A stretch of DNA of 55,658 nucleotides from Deltaproteobacteria bacterium RIFCSPHIGHO2_02_FULL_43_33 (lineage in GTDB: Bacteria; Desulfobacterota; GWC2-55-46; UBA9637), in NCBI GenBank assembly GCA_001798165.1, contig MGRL01000069.1:1-55658 (forward strand), read 5' to 3'. The position numbers and the translations under genes were made by a program. The notes under the pieces are model-generated. The model was given only the letters and a program-made list of their open reading frames with translations, ran no database searches and was not told the DNA's origin. This document shows positions 49,820 to 55,658 of this stretch, in pieces; the stretch's first letter is position 1; the number at the start of each line of letters is the position of its first letter.

Positions 49820-51577
49820 CTACCGTATAATAGTGTAAGCAGTAATAATAGCGAGAATACCCAGCACAATGCCGACCGCATAATGCGGGAGCAGTCCTGT
49901 CTGCACCCAACGGACTTTGCCTCCAATAAACATTACAAGGCTGGCTATGCCGTTTACAGCGCCGTCTACAATATATTTATCTATCTTATTGGAGATATCA
50001 GCAACACTATAAAGCGGCCTCAATATCGCTGTATTGGAAAGATTGCTGACAAAGTTTTCATATGCAGCTATGGGCTTGTTTGCAACCCACATAAAGACCT
50101 TCGCGCCTTTTCTGTAAAACCAATCTGTATCTATGGTTATCGCAAGTTCCGGTTTAAGCTTTTTTAAGAGCAAGAAAAAACCGAGCGCAGTGAACATAAG
50201 TATTCCAAGGGAACCTGTTATATGGTCAGGGGTATATGGCTCGAAATGCATAGAATAGGGAAGAAGGTCATATAAGAGACCAGGAAATATACCGATTGCA
50301 ATGCACAAGAATGCAGCTATAGCCATGCCTATAAGCATATTGAGCGGCGGCTCTTTGGCCCGTATCCCCGAATCTTTGCCAAAGAAGGCGTAATAAGGAA
50401 TTTTGAGGGTTGTAGAAAGAAATGTACCTACTGATGCTAAGGTTAAAAGAAGTGTTATAATTGCTCTGTGATCATGATTTGCTGCAGCAATTATCATAGA
50501 CTTGCTTACAAAACCAGCAAAAAGAGGAAAAGCAGAGATGGAAAACCCACCAATTAAATAGAGTATCGTGGTAATAGGCATGGTCTTATGCAGTCCCCCA
50601 AGTTCGGAGAGCTTGTGCTTACCAGTCACATAAATTACAGCGCCGGTTCCCATAAAGAGAAGACCCTTATAGATTATATTTGTAAACGCATGGGCTACAG
50701 ACCCATTCAGGGCCAACGCTGTTCCCATACCCACTCCAGCCACCATGTAGCCAACCTGGCTTAGGATGTGATAAGAGAGAAGCCTTCTCATATTATTTTG
50801 GAGTGTGGCATAGAAAACACCGTAGAAGGCCATTATAGCCCCCAACCAGGTTAGGATTTCTGCCCCTGGAAATACCCTTACCAAGGCATATACCGCAACC
50901 TTAGTTGTAAAAGCAGCCATAAATACTGTACCGGTTATTGTGGCCTCTGGATAGGCGTCAGGCAACCACGCATGGAGCGGCGGCACAGCAGCATTCAGGA
51001 TAAAACCTATGAGGAGGAGATAAAATGCCAGACTGCCGTTCTGCTCAATAGGCCCAAAGAGGATTGAACCTGTATCCATGTAATGAAGGATAATTCCGCC
51101 TAAGAGAAAAAGGCCTCCGGCAATATGAACCATGAGATATCTAAAGCCTGCATCAACTGCCTGCGGATTGCGCTGGATAAAGACCAGATAGACTGAGGCA
51201 AATGCCATTATTTCCCAGAAGATAAAGAGGGAAAAGTAATCGCCCGCAAAGACAACGCCGAGGGAACTGCCCATATACAGGAATGCAGCCACATGTTCGC
51301 CAGGCTTTTCCACATGCAGGGCATAGATCATATTTATAAGAGCAACTATGGTAAAAATATACGCAAATACAACACTGAGCTTATCTACCTTACCCAGGAT
51401 TACATCCCTGCCGATTAGCGTGAATGCCAAGTAGGTGCCGTGAGACATGAACATTACCGCTAAAATAGCAAGGCTGGGTATAAGCACGAGATACACCTGC
51501 CTCACCCTGCCTTTAAGGAAAGGGATTAAGATTGCGCCGAAGATAAGTATTAGCCCTGGATGAATCCAGTCAATCAT
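49820..51577 (-). CDS. Antiporter-like complex I membrane subunit (MrpA/MrpD type, in the NuoL position)
   Basis: FWEIMA, PLHAWLPDAYPEA, TTKVAVY, RRLLSYH; long amphipathic C-terminus IVDGAVNG...QTG. Confidence 0.85.
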   Translation of the reverse strand: MIDWIHPGLILIFGAILIPFLKGRVRQVYLVLIPSLAILAVMFMSHGTYLAFTLIGRDVILGKVDKLSVVFAYIFTIVALINMIYALHVEKPGEHVAAFLYMGSSLGVVFAGDYFSLFIFWEIMAFASVYLVFIQRNPQAVDAGFRYLMVHIAGGLFLLGGIILHYMDTGSILFGPIEQNGSLAFYLLLIGFILNAAVPPLHAWLPDAYPEATITGTVFMAAFTTKVAVYALVRVFPGAEILTWLGAIMAFYGVFYATLQNNMRRLLSYHILSQVGYMVAGVGMGTALALNGSVAHAFTNIIYKGLLFMGTGAVIYVTGKHKLSELGGLHKTMPITTILYLIGGFSISAFPLFAGFVSKSMIIAAANHDHRAIITLLLTLASVGTFLSTTLKIPYYAFFGKDSGIRAKEPPLNMLIGMAIAAFLCIAIGIFPGLLYDLLPYSMHFEPYTPDHITGSLGILMFTALGFFLLLKKLKPELAITIDTDWFYRKGAKVFMWVANKPIAAYENFVSNLSNTAILRPLYSVADISNKIDKYIVDGAVNGIASLVMFIGGKVRWVQTGLLPHYAVGIVLGILAIITAYTIIR

Positions 51578-51821
51578 AATAGTCCTCATCTTTCATGAGC
51601 CAGATATGGCCAATGAATTTAGAGACAAAAATAAGCAATACGCATGATATAAACCCATAAAGGGCGCTCCAGCCCGGTATCTTATCCCAAAAAAACTCAA
51701 CGTGCTCGCGATGAACAAGAAAATCTGCGATGACAATAATTGCAAGCGTAATGTAAAGGAGCCTCCAGCGTGTTTTAGCGTTTTGAGAGTCGCCGAAAAA
51801 AAGTACAATTCGTTTTATCAT
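51570..51821 (-). CDS. Small two-TM protein between the Mrp-like subunits
   Basis: Two TM helices; WDKIPGWSALYGFISC...EDYYD; overlaps the next start codon. Confidence 0.75.
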   Translation of the reverse strand: MIKRIVLFFGDSQNAKTRWRLLYITLAIIVIADFLVHREHVEFFWDKIPGWSALYGFISCVLLIFVSKFIGHIWLMKDEDYYD

Positions 51822-51856
51822 CCGCTACCCCCTTTGTTACTTGATTAAGCTGCCAC

Positions 51857-53344
51857 TCACTTAATGCCTACTGCAATTTTTGCCAGCTGCACAAAATAAT
51901 CAGGATATAAACCCACCGCTATAGAGATAATTGCTGTCAGGAATAACGGAATTGCAACCATAGGTATCTCTTTTACATCCTCATTTTCTACGTGATGACC
52001 ATGCCCGCAGCTTCCCTCCTTTTCAAAAAACGCCTTATACGTAATGGGCAAAAAATACCCGGCATTCAAGAGAGAGCTTACAAGAATAATGATAAGAATC
52101 GGTATCTCTTTCGCTTCAATAGAGCCCAATGCGATATACCATTTGCTGATAAAGCCTGCTGCCGGAGGCACGCCAATCATGCTGAGAGAGCCGAGGAAGA
52201 ATGCGGTCATAGTCCACGGCAGCTTCTTCCCTATGCCGGAAAGCTCGCTGATGAGCGTCTTATGCGCTGAGCAATAGATAGCGCCGGCGCAGAAGAATAG
52301 TGTGATTTTTGAAAATGCGTGGCTTGCAATATGCACAATGCCGCCTACGGTGCTAATCGGCGTGAGCAGAACTGCGCCGAGTATTACATAGGAAAGCTGG
52401 CTCACGGTTGAATATGCCAGCCGTGTCTTGAGGTTGTCTGTAGTTAACGCATAGATTGAAGCCATGATAATGGTAAACGAAACTATATATGCAGTGACAA
52501 TACCGAGGTCCAGAGTATGCAAGAGTCCCTGGCCAAACACATTGAGTATAATACGCAATGCGCAGAAAACCCCCATCTTAACAACTGCAACAGCGTGCAA
52601 GAGGGCGCTTACCGGCGTAGGCGCTACCATCGCTGCGGGAAGCCATGCATGAAACGGCATTATGCCTGCCTTGGCAAAACCAAAGAGGTAGCAAAAATAG
52701 ACAATGGTTAAAAGAAGCGGCGAGGCAGATACATTTGCAAGCAATCCTTGCGGCATAAAATCAAGGCTGCCAACGAGATAATATGTTGCTGCAATTGCTA
52801 TGAGCAGGAGTATTTTTGACGTGCCTACCAGGTAAACAATATATTTTTTGCTCCCCTCCCACGACTCCTCAGTCTCCTTGTGATAGACCAGAGGGTAGGT
52901 AATAAGACTCAGGACTTCGTAAAATATAATCAGGGTAAAGAGGTTTGCAGAGAATGCGCCGCCTACTGCTGCTGAGAGGCTTGTTGCAAAACAGGCAAAG
53001 AATCTTGTCTGGCTCTTTTCATGGGCGCTCCGCATGTATCCGACAGAATAGACAGATGCAAATATCCAGAGCAGTGACGAGATGGTAGCGAATACCATTC
53101 CAAGGGCATCTACCTTGAATTTAAAGTCTATGCCTGGAAGAATGGTAAATAAATTTAATTCAATGCTGCCGCCGGACAGAATAATCGGGGCCATAGAGGC
53201 TACTATCAGAAATTTGATAATGGCAGCTATAAACGAGGCCGTGTCGCGCACATTTGGCTTTTTATCAAGGGCCAATATTAAAAATGCGGTCAAGAGCGAA
53301 ACGAGAACAGCCAGAAGCGGTCTTATTGAATAAATTGTCTCCAT
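51857..53344 (-). CDS. Monovalent cation/H+ antiporter subunit D family protein (extra complex I subunit)
   Basis: FYEVLSL, KAGIMPFHAWLPAAMVAPTPVSALLHAVAVVK, LAYSTVSQLSY. Confidence 0.87.
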   Translation of the reverse strand: METIYSIRPLLAVLVSLLTAFLILALDKKPNVRDTASFIAAIIKFLIVASMAPIILSGGSIELNLFTILPGIDFKFKVDALGMVFATISSLLWIFASVYSVGYMRSAHEKSQTRFFACFATSLSAAVGGAFSANLFTLIIFYEVLSLITYPLVYHKETEESWEGSKKYIVYLVGTSKILLLIAIAATYYLVGSLDFMPQGLLANVSASPLLLTIVYFCYLFGFAKAGIMPFHAWLPAAMVAPTPVSALLHAVAVVKMGVFCALRIILNVFGQGLLHTLDLGIVTAYIVSFTIIMASIYALTTDNLKTRLAYSTVSQLSYVILGAVLLTPISTVGGIVHIASHAFSKITLFFCAGAIYCSAHKTLISELSGIGKKLPWTMTAFFLGSLSMIGVPPAAGFISKWYIALGSIEAKEIPILIIILVSSLLNAGYFLPITYKAFFEKEGSCGHGHHVENEDVKEIPMVAIPLFLTAIISIAVGLYPDYFVQLAKIAVGIK

Positions 53345-53348
53345 ATAT

Positions 53349-53414
53349 CCGTTGTCCGTGTCCGTTGTCCGTGTCCGTGTTTTTCACGGTTCACGGTCAC
53401 GGAACACGGTCTTT
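53349..53414. repeat. Head-to-head CCGTG-type array
   Basis: CCGTTGT CCGTGT CCGTTGT CCGTGT CCGTG...CACGGTT CACGGT CACGGAA CACG-GTCTTT. Confidence 0.82.
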
Positions 53415-53416
53415 CG

Positions 53417-53719
53417 CTATCCTCTCATCGTTGTAATTTCATCTACATTCACCGTAGCCCTGTTCCTTACAAGGGCGACTAATATGCTTAAGGCAACAGC
53501 CGCCTCAGCAGCAGCAACAGTAATGACGAATACAGAAAACATCTGGCCGCGGATATCCTGTAAATAATAAGAAAAGGCCACAAGGTTGATATTCACAGAA
53601 TTTAATATAAGCTCTATGGACATTAAAATAATAAGAAAGTTTCTGCGCAAAAGCACACCGGCAACGCCTATGATAAAAAGCGTAGAGCTTAGGATAATAT
53701 ACCATGACAAAGGAATCAT
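53417..53719 (-). CDS. nuoK: NADH-quinone oxidoreductase subunit K
   Basis: [31 protein letters not shown]. Confidence 0.95.
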   Translation of the reverse strand: MIPLSWYIILSSTLFIIGVAGVLLRRNFLIILMSIELILNSVNINLVAFSYYLQDIRGQMFSVFVITVAAAEAAVALSILVALVRNRATVNVDEITTMRG

Positions 53720-53740
53720 AAGTCGCTTCGCTCCATTTTG

Positions 53741-53810
53741 GATTTACGGTTTGCGATTTTCGGTTGTCTAATTTAAAAATCGTAAATCGTAATTCGTAAT
53801 TCGTAAATCA
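53741..53810. repeat. Head-to-head ATCGTAA heptamer array
   Basis: GATTTAC GGTTTGC GATTTTC GG...AATCGTA AATCGTA ATTCGTA ATTCGTA AATC. Confidence 0.75.
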
Positions 53811-53813
53811 TTT

Positions 53814-54311
53814 TTACTTTATATCCTTTCTTCCCATCACGATAGCGCCCACCAAAGCCACAAGGAGTATTACTGAGACAATCTCGAATGGCAGGAGATA
53901 GGTTGTAAACATGGCCTTGCCTATCTCTGCAACGCTCCCGTTCAAATTGGTTGGCGCTAAAGACATACCCGTTAGTCTGCTGCCGGTAAGCGCAAATAGT
54001 ATCTCCAGTATAAGCGCTATGAGAAACACTATTACCCAGAATTGCCCAGCCGGCATAAAACTTTTAATAGCCGCATGTCGTATATCCAGCATCATGATGA
54101 CAAAGAGGAAGAGAACCATCACAGCGCCTACATAGATAAATATCTGGACAACAGCAAGAAACGGAGACCTGAGAAGAATAAATATTGCCGCCACCTGAAA
54201 AAAACATACTATCAGGGAGATGGCGCTGTGCACAGGATTTCGCAGCGAGACAACCCCTATTGCTGATATGATCGCTATTATTGCGAACATTAAGAAGAAT
54301 AGTTTTTCCAT
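53814..54311 (-). CDS. nuoJ: NADH-quinone oxidoreductase subunit J
   Basis: RNPVHSA, QIFIYVGAVMVLFLFVIMML, YLLPFE. Confidence 0.95.
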   Translation of the reverse strand: MEKLFFLMFAIIAIISAIGVVSLRNPVHSAISLIVCFFQVAAIFILLRSPFLAVVQIFIYVGAVMVLFLFVIMMLDIRHAAIKSFMPAGQFWVIVFLIALILEILFALTGSRLTGMSLAPTNLNGSVAEIGKAMFTTYLLPFEIVSVILLVALVGAIVMGRKDIK

Positions 54312-54315
54312 AAAT

Positions 54316-54381
54316 TAGCTCGTGGCTCATAGCTCATGGCTCATAGTTTTTGCTATCAGCTATGAGCTATCAGCTGTCTTT
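54316..54381. repeat. Head-to-head GCTCATA / TATGAGC heptamer array
   Basis: AGCTCGT GGCTCAT AGCTCAT GGCTCAT AG...GCTATCA GCTATGA GCTATCA GCT-GTCTTT. Confidence 0.8.
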
Positions 54382-54382
54382 T

Positions 54383-54928
54383 CTACCACCATCTCTTTCT
54401 TTTGCTCAAATCCGGTTTAATCTTGATGCCTTCCTTATTTCTTTCAAGCCTTGCCTTTACCACATAACCGCCTTCAAACTCAACAGGTATCTCTTGCGGC
54501 GCAAGAAGTTTTTGCTTGTCAGCAACGCCGCATTCCAAAGTAAAGCACGCAAGCTCATAATCCCTTCCCATCCTTACTGCGGTTGTTGGGCATGCATCTT
54601 CACAAAGGCCGCAGAACATGCACCGCACAAGATCTATCTTATATACCTTTGCAATCCTGTCAGCAATGCCTATGCCTCTGTCATCTTCCATAGGTATAAC
54701 TGTGATACATTGTGTCGGGCATGCCTTTGCGCAGAGCTCGCACGCAACGCAGAGTTCTCTTCCCTGAGCGTCTCTATTTAATGTATGAAGCCCTCTGAAT
54801 CTCTGATAGGGAATCCATTTTTCCTCATCAGGATAACGTAGAGTAAAAGACTTTGACACATTATACTTAAATGTCAGGGAAAGACCTTTGATAAAATCTA
54901 CAAAAAATATTTTTTTAAAAATATTCAT
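54383..54928 (-). CDS. nuoI: NADH-quinone oxidoreductase subunit I
   Basis: YPDE, RFRGLH; CVACELCAKACP and CMFCGLCEDACP ferredoxin motifs. Confidence 0.95.
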   Translation of the reverse strand: MNIFKKIFFVDFIKGLSLTFKYNVSKSFTLRYPDEEKWIPYQRFRGLHTLNRDAQGRELCVACELCAKACPTQCITVIPMEDDRGIGIADRIAKVYKIDLVRCMFCGLCEDACPTTAVRMGRDYELACFTLECGVADKQKLLAPQEIPVEFEGGYVVKARLERNKEGIKIKPDLSKRKRWW

Positions 54929-54958
54929 ATTGGAAGCAAAAAGGGGACATGCTGCTTT

Positions 54959-55625
54959 TCACGCCCTTTTCTCCTTTCTCGGCCTACCCTTTGGATTTAA
55001 AGTTGATTCCAATCAAAGTTCCTTACACACCTTCATCTGCCACTCAGAGTTGCCATAAGGAGACTGTCTTATCACACTTTGTCTGACCTTTTCAAGCTCT
55101 TTTGAGGTTAAAGGCTCATCCACATATCTTTCCCAATCTCCAGGCAATTCTATTGGAATTTCATCCAGCAGAATACTTATCTTCTCACCTATCATCTCTC
55201 CATGTGATGACCATGTCCATTCTTTAGCAGAGCCGACTAAACCGGCCATTTTGGGATTTCCCTCAACATATCTCAAGACCATTAGCAGATGTTCATCTCT
55301 CTGTATGATGAAACTCTTGAATTGCCCCTGTCATATATGACCACTGCTTCCGTAGTGTCTGTGATAACGTCGGACATGACTCGTCATCAACCACTGCATC
55401 CACCTGCTCAGCTCATCTCCTCGCTCTGGCATTAGAACCATATGAAAATGATTCGGCATTAAACAGTATGCGAATATCTTTACAGGATGTCTTGCCTTTG
55501 CCTCTTTCATTATCTCTATGAATGCCTCATAATCCTTGTCCTTGTGAAAAACTTCCTGTCTTCCGTTACCCCTGTTGGTAATGTGATATAAATTTATCAG
55601 CTAATCCTCTAACAACTCTCGGCAT
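54959..55625 (-). pseudogene. REP-associated tyrosine transposase (RAYT / Y1 HUH family), inactivated
   Basis: MPRVVR...HITNRGN, YCLMPNHFHM, QGQFKS, RYVEGNP, WTWSSH, GRPRK; frameshift near 55587 and TGA stops at 55331-55333 and 55013-55015. Confidence 0.85.
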
Positions 55626-55658
55626 TGCTTATGTCCATTTTTTACATTAAAGTAGCCT

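Noticed and set aside
55013-55333. TGA recoding in the RAYT gene
   Set aside because: One TGA replaces an expected Trp and the other an expected Gly, there is also a frameshift, and other genes here use TGA as stop. Decay is simpler.

Overview
Chromosomal segment of an anaerobe that looks like an uncultured Deltaproteobacteria/Desulfobacterota member (inferred from gene content). From left to right it carries: the 3' part of a DEAD-box helicase followed by a tRNA-Leu 3'-end scar; DUF362 and larB; a Dif-like MCP-CheW-CheA operon; and a ~21 kb surface-glycan locus (MarR-type regulator, nucleotide-sugar enzymes, flippase, glycosyltransferases, methyltransferases, three radical SAM enzymes). Next come a TMTC-like membrane glycosyltransferase split from five free-standing TM+TPR partner genes, an ANTAR response regulator, an OmcS-like hexaheme cytochrome and an NHL/OmpA protein. 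The right part is housekeeping (ychF, hppA, pth, rplY, prs, tRNA-Gln, ispE) plus a complex I operon with four antiporter-like subunits, interrupted by a dead DUF433/DUF5615 pair and a dead RAYT transposase. Best candidate for a new system: the OmcS-type nanowire cytochrome has a twin-hairpin plus terminator ANTAR leader with its probable regulator next door, and it lies inside an apparently modular protein-glycosylation locus. Second candidate: many head-to-head 6-7 bp repeat arrays of different unit sequences share an AAA(T/G)AC...GT(A/C)TTT boundary, sit at gene junctions and inside genes, and two types flank four-helix-bundle (Avd-like) genes. MITEs and REP/REPIN elements are abundant. All calls come from reading motifs by eye; no searches or computations were run.
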